Source: an uncultured Phycisphaerales bacterium
GTDB taxonomy: Bacteria > Planctomycetota > Phycisphaerae > Tepidisphaerales > Tepidisphaeraceae
Assembly: GCA_963758525.1 (NCBI GenBank)
Contig: CAVWVQ010000003.1
Span: 2,624,001-2,688,000, forward strand
DNA length: 64,000 bases
Direction: 5' to 3'
The notes beneath the pieces were generated by a model. That model was not told the origin of the DNA and made no database searches. It saw only the letters and a program-made list of their open reading frames with translations. A program made the position numbers and the translations under genes. The number at the start of each line of letters is the position of its first letter. Position 1 is the stretch's first letter. Positions 9,078 through 19,691 of the stretch are shown here, one piece after another.

Positions 9078-12000
9078 TCATCCATCTAGAAGTTCGCCTT
9101 CTTTCTTGGATCGGTCGATTTCCATATTCGCGTGCTTCACGAGTGACTCAAAAAACCCGCGTTCCGGAGCGCCGATGGGAAGGGATCGAACCAACTCGTC
9201 GCAGCGTTCCTTCAATGCGAGGTCCGCGGGGAATGGCTCGCCAAGTCTTCCCTGTCTGCCGCCACACGTCACAGCCGCATAAAGGTAGTCGCTTACGTTA
9301 CGGAAGCACTCTTCGCCCAATGTCGAAGCATTCTTCAAGAGTTCCATGACCCACTTGGCGTGTGCGAAAAAAGTGTTCTGCCCAGCCTTTCGAAAGAGCG
9401 GCGGAATCCGTTACGGTCGTGGTATCATGAGCACGCGACATTGCGGCGAGCAACTCCATCGAGGCTGGTGTCGTAAAATGCGCGGACATTCCCTCAAATA
9501 TATCGCCAAGTCTATGCCGCGCCCGACCATCGGCCGAGCCGAATGCCTGCGCGACCCTTCGGAGCAGTTCAGGAGCTCGCTCGTGTCCGGACATGCCATT
9601 TACTGCTTGCCCTATTTGAAATGGAACTGCTTCGTAACCAGATGATGCAGCACCGCTATCTTCTTTTTCCATTCGAGCGAAAAGCAAATCGAGCACTGTT
9701 TCGGGCATTCGCAGAGAAAGGAAGTTGAGAAACTCCAGAACCCAGTGGTCATTAATGGCAGGCACCTCGATCAGTTTTTCTGTAAGGAGGCAAAGCTGCG
9801 AATCGGTTGCCACACTCATCGGCCCTTTCTCAGTTCCATTTCCAATAAGCCACAGAAAGAGATCGTTGCACACCTCGGGCTCGCCATCGAGCTTTGCCGC
9901 AAGCGCGACTGCAAGCGCGCCGCATGGGTTGGAATCCCGCAGCGAGGCCATGGTTCTGAAGGCCGCGCGGCGGACGGCTCCATCTGGGTCTCGCACCAGC
10001 TCATGCACCAGTTTTGTTTCGGAGTCCGTGAGGCCGGTACGGGCGCGTGCAGACAAATACACCGCAGCGCCGCATCTTAGGGCCGGAGAGGCCGCCCCAG
10101 CTGCGGTCTGTGCTATCTCGAACGATTCGGTCAGGTGCTCAGCTTTCGCATGGATAAGCAGGGCCGTTAGGTGCGTTCCAACTTCCTCCAGTCCTGGTTT
10201 GATGGCGCGACGAGCCAAACTCAGTGCAAACTCTGGGTTGATCTGACCGAGAGTGCACAGAAATCGCTCGATCTGAGGTTGGATACCGCACCGCTGCAAC
10301 TCCTGAATTGCGCCAACGATCGTCGTGATAGCGGCGTCAACCGAGGGGTTTGTTGTCAAGAACTCGTTGACGAGACGGCCTCGCCGCTCTTCACGACGCT
10401 GCTGGGCTCGTTCGAATCTAGCTGAGGGATTGACTTGGCTTTCATCATCGGCGTCCTCCGTCTCGTCCCAAACATTGGTATGCCGAAGCTCTCGCAAAAG
10501 CCGAAAGGAATAGTCATCGGGAACGGATTGGATAATTCGCCTGGCGGTCTCGGCGGTGGCTCGGTTGCCGTTGTCTTCGCAATCGACCGAAACTGGTCGG
10601 TGAAGAACAGCGAAGGGCAGCAAAGCATCAATAACCACGAGCTTAACAACCGCGCTTTGATCGGATGCAGCGATGCTCGCCAAGATTTCCATCGCCTCGT
10701 TCCGTTCTCCATCCCATTGCGCATAAAAGTCGTCGGGCATCTGGAGACCCAATGGCATGGCGATGCCTGCCAGAAGATGGGTCAGACTCTGGATGACTCG
10801 AAGAACGATCCGAGGCTGGCGATTTTGAGCAAGCTTCCGGAGAAGTTCGACGGCGCGACGCCGAACGTCGGCTGTATTCTTCAGGTCTACCCCAAATGGT
10901 TCCATCGTGTTCTCGCACCGGTCGATCGGTGGGAAATCCCAGTACGCTCCAGAATTGGATCCAGCACGTCGAGCGGAGAATGCGGGTGCCTTTCTACGTC
11001 TGCATCGTTCATCCACTTTTCAATTGCGTTAAGCGTTTCAGCTTGGACTGCCACAGGCTTGTCCAAATCGTACTCGGCAATATCGAGCAAAATGCGCATT
11101 CCGTGTCCCGGATTGGGATTCGTCGCGCGCGAATCATCTCTCCCAAGTATCCATAGAATATCCAGACAACGAGGCAGGTAATCCAGATGGAACGCGATCT
11201 GCTTTAGGATTGAAGGGAGATGGTCCATTACCCTCGAATGAGAAGAGCGCAAAGCGAAGTATTCGGCAAACGCACCCGATTCGGGCACGGTCGATGGATT
11301 TGCTATCGCGTACTCAATGAGACCGAACGTGCGCTCGGGCTGCAGATGGGCGACGTCTCTGAGTGAATCCAGAAGACGCCCGCGTCCGACATGTGATGCC
11401 GATTCGAAGTTTGCCCTGATTTTCCGCCACACATTGTCGAGGATGGTGTCAGCTCCGGGCGTGGTGGATCGCAATCGCCAGTCAAGTTCGGCCAAGTTCG
11501 TGAGCACGGCACCGCTGAAGGGTTGATGGAACGCATCAAACACGGAATCAGCGTATCCTGTCGACATCCCGCCGGCCGCAACACTAGCACTATGTAGCAG
11601 ATGGTCCGCTAGCACATCCGGGACGATTCGCGCCGTGCCGCCTCGACGAATTAGCACGCCAGCCGCTTCAAGTTGTCCGAGTATCCTCGCCACATCCACC
11701 GCTGACGCACGGAGAAATTGCGCCATCATACGATGCACGTCGGTATTGCCCGCGGGTAGCGGTTGCAATGCAGCAACGAGCGGGAGTAGTTTCCGCGCAA
11801 TCTCGGCGTCATTGCCGGACGTGAAACCTGCGCTGGCTTCTTCAGCAAACCGGTCGAGCACCAGTCTCTGGAACTCCTCATGGCGCTCCAGAAGTCGGGG
11901 ATCCACTGCCTCCCTTCGAAGAAAGTATGCGGCGACTATGAGCACGAGAGGTGAGTCGCCCACCGCACCTGCAAGTGCTTCGGCATGGTTTGCATGTGAG

Positions 12001-13193
12001 GGTCCAAGCGCGTCCTTTGCCAACTGAAGTAACTGCTTCCGATCGAGGCGCGTAAGACCCGCAGGAAGCACGGTCATTTGGGAAAGGTTTGCCCACGAAA
12101 TGTCTGCCCGCAACTGACGAACTGCATATGGCCTGGTGATCAATATAAGTTTCGTGCGCCCGGGCCGATGTTTGGTGAGACTGAGTAGGGCACGAACATC
12201 GTTCCGTCTGTGCGCATCCTCCGCAATGATAACGCAGCTGCCCACCGGCAGCTCGCGGGCAGAAGTGGGGGTGAGCTGCACGCCGTCAGTCACGACACGC
12301 GCATGCCAGTCCGAGTGTCGCTCCGGGAATTTGTGCGCGAATCCCCAGACCAGACGAGATTTTCCGCTGCCTCCGACCCCGCTGAGGACGAGGACTTGCT
12401 GGTCTGCCGATTCGACAAAGGCATCCAACTCCGTGAGCTCCCGACTTCGGCCAATCAGCGGCAATGCATGATGAAAGGCACGATCAGGATTTAGAAGTTC
12501 ACGGTAAAAGAGGCCCGGCGACATAAAGGTGGGGATTACCTTGACACCCAAAAAGTCCTCCGCCCATTGCGCACCAAAATGTGAAGCAATTAATGCACGC
12601 ACGTCTTCAGCATCCATCTTCCTGATGCGCAGGACGACATCCGTCGCGTCGAGTAACTTCCATTTCCGATGTCTCTTGATCTCATCGCGAATGGGAGTGC
12701 CGACGGTACAAGCGACGATGATCGTATGGTGGGATGCGTCATAGGCGTCCTCCGCGATGGTTTGTTGTACATCAGCCTTGGTGAACCGTTTGTATTGACG
12801 GCACTGGTACGTGCCTTCGCGACCACCCGGAAGCTTGGCGACAAGATCAATGCCCTTCTGCTCGCTGCCACGCGTTCCGTACCGATGACAGTCCTTCACT
12901 TTGGGTAAAAGGCTGACAAAGTGATGCGCGAACTCCTCAAATCGCTCCCAGCCGAAATTCGGGTCAAGAAGAGGAAGAAGGGTGGGCGTGGGCTTCGCCG
13001 CCGCACCAAGAGTTGCGTGCCGGCCTGCTTTTTTCATAACCTTCTGGCTTCTTTGAACAGAATGGGCCGGGCTCTTCTTCCCACGTGAAGTGGCCACAGC
13101 AGTCTTTTTCCGCCGTGATGTTGCTTTTCGTTGCCGACTTCGGGAGCCTGGGAGATGGGCGCGTTTTTTTGCCATTTTTAGTGCCTCCGACAC
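9078..13193 (-). pseudogene. Mrr-like nuclease - STAND NTPase - HEAT/helical-repeat protein (Avs-like), split by two frameshifts
   Basis: WERFEEF...GIDLVA...YQCR nuclease; GVGGSGKS Walker A; VIIAEDAH Walker B; three consecutive ORFs (10887-13193, 9298-11016, 9078-9347) join at ~10920 and ~9370. Confidence 0.8.
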
Positions 13194-13233
13194 CGGACGA
13201 CGTCACCAACAATGAAATTGCATCGGTCGCTAG

Positions 13234-13394
13234 CGCGAGTTTACAAGTTATTCGCGGTTGTGCCGAAAACCGCGGGTTTTTGGGGGTAAATCTGTATGAC
13301 CTACCTCTGGCCCTGAGAGGACCTCACAACAGCGGTTTTCTCGACGTTTACAGACATTCCTGGCATTTTTTCGTCCGTAACTTGTAAACTCGCG
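13234..13394. mobile_element. MITE-like element, 161 bp
   Basis: Perfect 17-bp terminal inverted repeats CGCGAGTTTACAAGTTA / TAACTTGTAAACTCGCG, flanked by CTAG at 13230-13233 and 13395-13398; no transposase. Confidence 0.8.
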
Positions 13395-14450
13395 CTAGCC
13401 GGCGGCGGGGCAGGGATACGGTCCGGGGCCGATGCTACCGACGATCCGGTGGTAAAGCTTCTTCCGCAGATCTTCCGGCGATTTCCAAAGCACATGATTG
13501 AGCTGTACCGTATCGAAGTGGGCCGAGCCAAAGTGTTCTTCATGGCAAGTATGGATGACTGGGATTTTCAGACCACGCGCAAATCCAGCTTCGAAATAGA
13601 CGCCGTTCCGGTTGCCCGTGAAGTCCGCGACGACAAAGGGCGCGAGGCGGATGTCGCCCAGAATCTTGTCCATTATCCAATCGTTATGCTCCGCGAGGTC
13701 GACCCGTGTTGCGCGATACCCCGCCTGTTCAATTGCCGGCTGAATCGCCTGCTGGAAGGCCGCGTCCATGCTCTTTCTTTCGTCACTGCCGCCAAACCAC
13801 ATTGCCACGAAGACCGGGTTCTGTGGGGCGCTGGTGCCACCAGTCAGTTTCTCGAAGTGTGCCCAGCCCTCAGGCGTCAGCGTAACCTCATACCCCAGAC
13901 TGTTTGACTGCATGCCCACGAAACCGTAATCACTCAGCGCAGTCAGGTTGTAGTCGATCTCACGGGGCAACTCTGCGAACGCAATTGCGGTGTCATCCCG
14001 CCTCAGGTCTATCCGATACCCTCCCGTCGGCGAAATGCTTGCTAAGTTGCACAACGTACGATCAATCCGCTCCGGCACGGTGCGCGGCCATCGTCCCATC
14101 AATTCCTCCAAGGCAACGGGGGCGAGATCTGTGCGTTGAAGTGGACCATATGGCTCCATTCCATACTGAAGCCAGAATCGAGGCAGTGGCCGGATGGATT
14201 GCTCGCGTAGTAACGGGGAAAGATGACCGGCATTCCATCGACCCCGCAAACGCTCGCTTCGCAAGTTAACGTCGTCATGCTCGGTCACAACAAACTCCCC
14301 GCACGCTGAGCAACACACCAAGCTCGCGTCAGCGCTGTGGGCACGGTCTTCCATCGTCAGTTCGAAAGTAAACGGGACGGCAGACCCGATGCGTGTCATC
14401 GTGCAGTCTGCTCGCAGGCACACAGGACAACTGGAATCTGAAGATCTCAC
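13395..14450 (-). CDS. Zn-ribbon/wHTH protein with C-terminal nucleoside 2-deoxyribosyltransferase-like domain
   Basis: CPVC...CSAC N-terminus; VFVAMWF...FVVADFTGNRNGVYFEAGFARGL...HFD C-terminus. Confidence 0.8.
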   Translation of the reverse strand: MRSSDSSCPVCLRADCTMTRIGSAVPFTFELTMEDRAHSADASLVCCSACGEFVVTEHDDVNLRSERLRGRWNAGHLSPLLREQSIRPLPRFWLQYGMEPYGPLQRTDLAPVALEELMGRWPRTVPERIDRTLCNLASISPTGGYRIDLRRDDTAIAFAELPREIDYNLTALSDYGFVGMQSNSLGYEVTLTPEGWAHFEKLTGGTSAPQNPVFVAMWFGGSDERKSMDAAFQQAIQPAIEQAGYRATRVDLAEHNDWIMDKILGDIRLAPFVVADFTGNRNGVYFEAGFARGLKIPVIHTCHEEHFGSAHFDTVQLNHVLWKSPEDLRKKLYHRIVGSIGPGPYPCPAAG

Positions 14451-14544
14451 GATTTACTCCGAGGTTGAGGTGGACGATCAACATTGCTACTGCGTTCGTT
14501 TACAGTCAGATGATTCTATCCCACGCTTCTATTTCGAGACGCGT

Positions 14545-15537
14545 TCATTCCCTCGGTGGACCGTAGTTCCGCCGGATGCGCGGGCGGTAGGGGGCCGTGG
14601 TCCCTTCGCCCGTCGCCACTTTCGGGAACACTTGGAGATGCACGACCACCTCGTCGTTCCATACCAGTGACGCCGCCGCCAGATCGCTTTCTTCCATCCG
14701 CCATTCCTTGCCGTCGCCGGGCGGATTGAAACCTTCCCACTTGCCGGCAATGGCACGGTCCAGCACCGCGCGGATCACCTGCCCCTCATCTGATCCCGGC
14801 TGCGCCGGATCAACTGGCGCTGCGAGCAGGTCGATTGCGTAACTGTCCACCAACGATTCCCAGAAATACTGGAGCGTGGTGTGACGGTCGAAGAGATCGA
14901 GCCCCTGGAACTTGCCGCCGTGAAGGACAGCCACGCCCACAGCGTCAGTCGGCAGTTGCAGGCTGCCGCGGAAGGCGCGGAGATCTGTCTCCCGCTTCGC
15001 ATATGCATCGCTCAACGCGCTGGTCGGGCTGCTGGAACCGGATGCTTCCAGAGATTGTGCCACTTCATTCCAGACCGCCCCCTGGTCGGCATCGTGCCGG
15101 CCGTCAGACTTGAGGTTCTGGTGCACGCGGGAGAGCTTTGCAGACCGCGTGCGATGGCTGGCGGACCTGCCGCTGGAGAATGACGGGCTGGCGTGACTCC
15201 AACGTCCCTGCTCGACACAGCTGACGGGAATCTTCAAGGTAGCCTGGGCGGGAACCAGCACATCGGTGTTGAGAATGCGGTTCTGCTTGGCCCCGACAAG
15301 TTCCTGGCCGTCCATGAGGAACACCCGCACGTCGAGCTTATTCTCCACTTGCAGCTCCGGTACGCTGCCGCTCTGGCTGATCTCCGTGATTACCACGCTG
15401 GCCAGCGTCTCCTGGCGCAGCAGCTCATACGGCGGCTGATCATGGGAACGGCCGAGTATTGGGACGAACTTGAGCTTCTGGCCCTGGCTGTGATCTGCTG
15501 AAACGGTTCTGGCACGGTGAATAATTGCCTCTGGCAT
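14545..15537 (-). CDS. ARPP-1 / DUF6569 family protein
   Basis: GSVPELQVEN...DGQELVGAKQNRILN...IPVSCVEQGRW, DQGAVW. Confidence 0.85.
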   Translation of the reverse strand: MPEAIIHRARTVSADHSQGQKLKFVPILGRSHDQPPYELLRQETLASVVITEISQSGSVPELQVENKLDVRVFLMDGQELVGAKQNRILNTDVLVPAQATLKIPVSCVEQGRWSHASPSFSSGRSASHRTRSAKLSRVHQNLKSDGRHDADQGAVWNEVAQSLEASGSSSPTSALSDAYAKRETDLRAFRGSLQLPTDAVGVAVLHGGKFQGLDLFDRHTTLQYFWESLVDSYAIDLLAAPVDPAQPGSDEGQVIRAVLDRAIAGKWEGFNPPGDGKEWRMEESDLAAASLVWNDEVVVHLQVFPKVATGEGTTAPYRPRIRRNYGPPRE

Positions 15538-15580
15538 TGCGGCTCCTTTTTTGTGGCCCCCCCTTCAATAACAGATGCTC

Positions 15581-15598
15581 CTGACAGCAGTGTGTCAG
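15581..15598. promoter_or_regulatory. Putative WYL box 1 (CTGACAGCAGTGTGTCAG)
   Basis: Palindrome; on the minus strand TGTCAG-N10-TATTGA points at the ARPP-1 gene. Confidence 0.7.
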
Positions 15599-15746
15599 TG
15601 GGCTCTGCAAAGAAGTTTGGCGAATCCGTTTTGAGCGTTACATTTCGCTCACGGCTTATCGCGACCGAGGACAGCAGACCCGTTGGTGAGGGAGTCGAAC
15701 GGATTCGAGAACCCTGTGGGCAGCTGGTGGGCGAATCGAGGATGCT

Positions 15747-17357
15747 GTGATATTTCCCACGGATTGGATCAAGCAGGCCATCCTCCACCCCGAGCAGGCA
15801 GTCCGAGCGACCGCATTGCTGTACTTCACCGAGTCATTCAGCGATGACCCTGCGGTGATGCCGTTCGTGATCCAGGCGGTCGAACGATACGGCAAAGAAA
15901 CCTCCTTTGATCTGCTCCGTCACGCCGAATGGCTGTGCCAGACTCCGGCGACCGTTGATTGGCTCATCGGCCAGCTTCGCTGTGAGCTCGACACCACAGA
16001 CATCAACGAGGACAACCTGCGCTTTGCCCTCGCACTCATCCTGTGCCACGCCGAACCGCAACTGCTGGCCCACCGTTACGGCGAGATTATCGCTTCCCCT
16101 GCTTTTCCCGAGTCGCTCAGGGAACCGCTGCGTGAGTGTCTGAAAATGGAATTCTCCGACTGGCTGACGCTATGGAAGATGTTTGAGGAACTCGCCCGGC
16201 AGACGATGGAGAATCAGAGACTGTCGAGGGCCGACTACCACCGATATCACCGCATAATGCGGGCGCTGGCCCGCCACACAGCCGCGGACGCGGACTTGGT
16301 GCTGTCATTGTTGCGCGATTACCGAGGTCACGACCAGGCACTGGTGGTGTGGTTGGAGCCGTGTATCGTTGAACTTGCCGGGCGATTGCGGCTGGTCGAT
16401 GCGATCCCACTGATCCTTGAGCGAATCGACGCCGACACGGATGCCGTGGTGGACGAGATCAGCAACGCCCTCATCCGGATCGGGGGCGATGCCGTGGTAA
16501 CCGCCGTCATCAAGAGATGGCCTTCGGCCCGCACGAACTCCCGATACATACTGGCTGAGGCTCTGCAACACATCCACACAGATACGGCCCATAAACATCT
16601 GCTTGACTGCTTGAAAGCGCCTGACGATTGTGATCTGGAAATCTACATCACCAACTGTGCACTGGGGCACTTCAGCCAGCGAGCCAACGAGGCGGCACGG
16701 CAACTGTTGCTCGAATTCGGCGAGGAGGAACTGAGTGGCGAGCATTGGGATTTACGTTACCACCTGATTGCCGCCGCCACATTGATGGAGGAATCTTTCC
16801 CAGAATATGAGGCGTGGCATGAGGAGGCGGTGAGAAGCAACTACGGCAGGACGAAGCTCAGGCAGGACAAGCCCAGGCGATTGGCCGATGCCTTCACGGG
16901 AGACGAGGAAGCACCCTCACCTTCGAGCGGCGGCAGGAGCAGCAGTGTGCCTGCAAAACCGAGGCGCAAATTGGAGGTCCAAAGATCCAGTAGCGGTTGC
17001 GGCGACAATGCTGCGCCCACAAACCAGAACGAATCCGTCAGCACGATCTCTGTCTCGGCCGACCAACTCTGGAAAGATTTCCAGGAGAACGAAGTCGCGG
17101 CCAACATGAGATACAAGGGGAAAACCGTAAGGGTCGAAGGAAGCGTCGCAGCTATCAAGGTCAAATCCGGCAGGCCCCACATTTACCTGCGGAGTGAATA
17201 TGATGGCGTAGACTGCGCATTCACGGATTCTGACAATGCTGATCTGGCGAGGTTGAGCAAGGGCAGCCTTGTTGCCGTTCAAGGTGACTGCACGGGCATG
17301 GTTTACGGGATCGTGGTGGCGCTGGACAATTGTCGATTGATTCAGGGAAGTTCATGA
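15747..17357 (+). CDS. HEAT-repeat-like protein fused to a C-terminal tRNA_anti-like OB-fold
   Basis: AIPLILERI...ALIRIGGDAVV repeats; C-terminal SADQLWKDFQENEVAANMRYKGKTVRVEG. Confidence 0.7.
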   Translation: MIFPTDWIKQAILHPEQAVRATALLYFTESFSDDPAVMPFVIQAVERYGKETSFDLLRHAEWLCQTPATVDWLIGQLRCELDTTDINEDNLRFALALILCHAEPQLLAHRYGEIIASPAFPESLREPLRECLKMEFSDWLTLWKMFEELARQTMENQRLSRADYHRYHRIMRALARHTAADADLVLSLLRDYRGHDQALVVWLEPCIVELAGRLRLVDAIPLILERIDADTDAVVDEISNALIRIGGDAVVTAVIKRWPSARTNSRYILAEALQHIHTDTAHKHLLDCLKAPDDCDLEIYITNCALGHFSQRANEAARQLLLEFGEEELSGEHWDLRYHLIAAATLMEESFPEYEAWHEEAVRSNYGRTKLRQDKPRRLADAFTGDEEAPSPSSGGRSSSVPAKPRRKLEVQRSSSGCGDNAAPTNQNESVSTISVSADQLWKDFQENEVAANMRYKGKTVRVEGSVAAIKVKSGRPHIYLRSEYDGVDCAFTDSDNADLARLSKGSLVAVQGDCTGMVYGIVVALDNCRLIQGSS

Positions 17358-17461
17358 ACTGCTGCGGATGGCCAGGACCATCGCCGCACTGTGGTGCCCC
17401 ATGCCTCCCGCCACGCCTGAGGGCTTTTGCCACGACGCTGCTGGTAAACGAGCACACGCTC

Positions 17462-17479
17462 CTGACAGCATTGTGTCAG
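17462..17479. promoter_or_regulatory. Putative WYL box 2, autoregulatory position (CTGACAGCATTGTGTCAG)
   Basis: Palindrome ~80 bp upstream of the WYL gene start. Confidence 0.7.
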
Positions 17480-17557
17480 CGACGCTCCCAGCAAATTTTG
17501 GCGAAACAGTTTTTCACCGTTAGGATGCCGCTTACCACTGACACAGGGGTGCTCGCG

Positions 17558-18598
17558 ATGGCTGCGGACTACTCTCGGATTCACCGGCTGCTCAAGATCC
17601 TCATGCTCATCCAGGGGCAGAAAGATTGGACCGCCAAGCGCCTGGCGCTGGAATGTCACACCACCGAGCGAAGCATCTACCGTGATCTCAAGATGCTGCA
17701 GGGAGCGGGCGTGCCGTATTTCTTTGACAAGGAGAATGGCGGATACGCCGTGCAGAGGGACTTCTTCATGCCGGCGGTGGCTCTCACCCTTGAAGAGTCC
17801 CTGGCCCTGGTGGCGCTGGCCGAGCAAGTAGGGGGGCGCGAGCAGGTGCCATTCACCAAGGCGGCCGCCAAGGCAATCGCCAAGATCCGCTGCAACCTGC
17901 CGCCGAAGGTGCAGCAGGAGCTGCAGAAGATCGACGATCTGGTCGCTATTCACCTCTCACCCGTGAATCCACCGGAGGGCACGGAAGATGTCTACGAGGT
18001 GGTGCGGGCGGCGCTGGCCAACCGCAAGACGCTGGAATGCAGCTACGACTCAATCGGCGCGAGTCAGAAGGGGGTTGATGGCAATGGCGGTGTGAAAGAG
18101 ATCTTTTTGTTCAGGCCGTACACGCTGCTGTTCAGCCAGCGGGCCTGGTACGCGCTGGGGCACCACGATGGCAGAGGTGCCGTGCGGTGTCTGAAGCTGA
18201 ACCGCTTCACACGCTGCAAATCTACCGAGATTCTTTATGACATTCCCAAGAGCTTTGCGGTCGGCAAACATCTGGGCAATGCGTGGCGGATGATCCGGGG
18301 GAGCAAGTCATACGATGTCGAGTTGCGGTTCGATGCCGAGTTCGCCGAGACCATTGCCGACACGCACTGGCACGCAACGCAGGAAGTGATCTGGAACGAC
18401 GACGAGTCAATCACGTTCTGGTGCGAAGTAGACGGTTTGGACGAAATCGTGTGGTGGATCCTGGGGATGGGCCCGCACTGCGTGGTGAAGAAGCCGGCGG
18501 AGTTGGCGAGCCAGGTCAGTGGTCTGGCCGCGGCGATCGTCAAGCAGTACGACGCGAAGCCCTCCAGCAAGCCCCGCAAAAAGATAACTTCACTGTGA
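17558..18598 (+). CDS. HTH-WYL-WCX transcriptional regulator (PafB/YafY/DriD-like)
   Basis: RIHRLLKIL...TERSIYRDLKML wHTH; FRPYTLLFSQRAWYALG...LKLNR WYL; EIVWWILGMG WCX. Confidence 0.93.
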   Translation: MAADYSRIHRLLKILMLIQGQKDWTAKRLALECHTTERSIYRDLKMLQGAGVPYFFDKENGGYAVQRDFFMPAVALTLEESLALVALAEQVGGREQVPFTKAAAKAIAKIRCNLPPKVQQELQKIDDLVAIHLSPVNPPEGTEDVYEVVRAALANRKTLECSYDSIGASQKGVDGNGGVKEIFLFRPYTLLFSQRAWYALGHHDGRGAVRCLKLNRFTRCKSTEILYDIPKSFAVGKHLGNAWRMIRGSKSYDVELRFDAEFAETIADTHWHATQEVIWNDDESITFWCEVDGLDEIVWWILGMGPHCVVKKPAELASQVSGLAAAIVKQYDAKPSSKPRKKITSL

Positions 18599-18612
18599 CG
18601 CGGTGCTGTCAG
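18595..18612. promoter_or_regulatory. Putative WYL box 3 (GTGACGCGGTGCTGTCAG)
   Basis: Same spacing; overlaps the WYL stop codon and precedes ORF 18663. Confidence 0.55.
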
Positions 18613-18662
18613 AGAGCCGCGGCACCGTGCTGCTGGAACATAGAATTAGGCAAGGAAGCCTC

Positions 18663-18944
18663 ATGGCGCAGAAGCGGCAAGAAATCACTGGTGCGAAGAC
18701 CATGTCTGACGAGCGGATATGTCGGTGGGCGATGCTGGCAACGATGCGCACTCTCCGGCTGTCGTTGCGGAAGGGGAGGCCGATCAGTCTGCCCAACCTG
18801 CTGCGCCTGTTCCAGCGAAGATGCGCCGAACGAGCTCTCGCTGGCAACCAGGCACGTGCTCATCACCGGCTGGAGAGTTGGTATCGCCAACATCAGCCGT
18901 TTCAGCAACTGGCCCGACGGTGGTGCTGCCCGCCGCCTCGCTGA
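18663..18944 (+). CDS. Small basic hypothetical protein
   Basis: AAGGAAG RBS and ATG downstream of box 3; the 3' end overlaps an IS remnant. Confidence 0.4.
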   Translation: MAQKRQEITGAKTMSDERICRWAMLATMRTLRLSLRKGRPISLPNLLRLFQRRCAERALAGNQARAHHRLESWYRQHQPFQQLARRWCCPPPR

Positions 18945-19017
18945 GGCGGACTTCAAGGCTCTGCGCGAGGCCCGAAAGACGATGTTGTTTGAGCGTCTGC
19001 AACAGGGAAGATCTCAT
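18928..19017 (-). pseudogene. IS21 IstB N-terminal remnant
   Basis: MRSSLLQTLKQHRLSGLAQSLEVRLSEAAG resembles IstB N-termini; no ATPase domain follows. Confidence 0.6.
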
Positions 19018-19170
19018 GGATTGAGCTCGGGTACTGAAGGTTGTTGGGAAGCGGTTCAAACTTGACGCTTCCGTGCCTTCGCAACGCGGAATTCTGGCGA
19101 TCCGGTGAAATTTCCTAAGATCGTCGTCCCAGTCGTTTTTTACCCTTCTCGCTGCTATTATTGCCGAGCT

Positions 19171-19557
19171 ATGACCCGAATTCCCGATGAAGTGATCCGC
19201 CGCTTTGCGTACAAACGCCATCTGCCACTCGGGGATGCAAGAGGTGTCTTTTCGGACTTGGAGGACTTCCTTGATGCGGCGTCACGCCGCAAGATGGTCC
19301 CGTCCGTGGCCGTTGATGCAGCTTGGCACGAGTTCATTCTTCACACACGGCAGTACGCACAATTTTGTCAAGACCGTTACGGCTGCATGGTCCATCACGT
19401 CCCGACTTCTCCGTGCTCTCTCAACAATGTGGGCGAGATCACAGAAGATTCAACTGCCGGGAACGTTGAATGCGATTCGGATTGTGCTTCTGACAGTCCA
19501 AGCTCACCAATGGAATCGTCATCGTTGAGAACGCGATTGGTCGAAACTGCTAGATAG
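19171..19557 (+). CDS. Glycine-rich-domain-protein-like (GRDP/DUF1399) protein
   Basis: PSVAVDAAWHEFILHTRQYAQFC...HHVP motif. Confidence 0.75.
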   Translation: MTRIPDEVIRRFAYKRHLPLGDARGVFSDLEDFLDAASRRKMVPSVAVDAAWHEFILHTRQYAQFCQDRYGCMVHHVPTSPCSLNNVGEITEDSTAGNVECDSDCASDSPSSPMESSSLRTRLVETAR

Positions 19558-19691
19558 CTACCCCAGAAATTGGGTGTGAGCGTGCGGGTTCATTCGGTAA
19601 CGCGCTGCCGATGGCTTGCAGCAATTCCACCATTGGGATTACCAGATAGGAAGATTTCCAACCTGCTGTTAACGCATCGGAATCTGTATCG

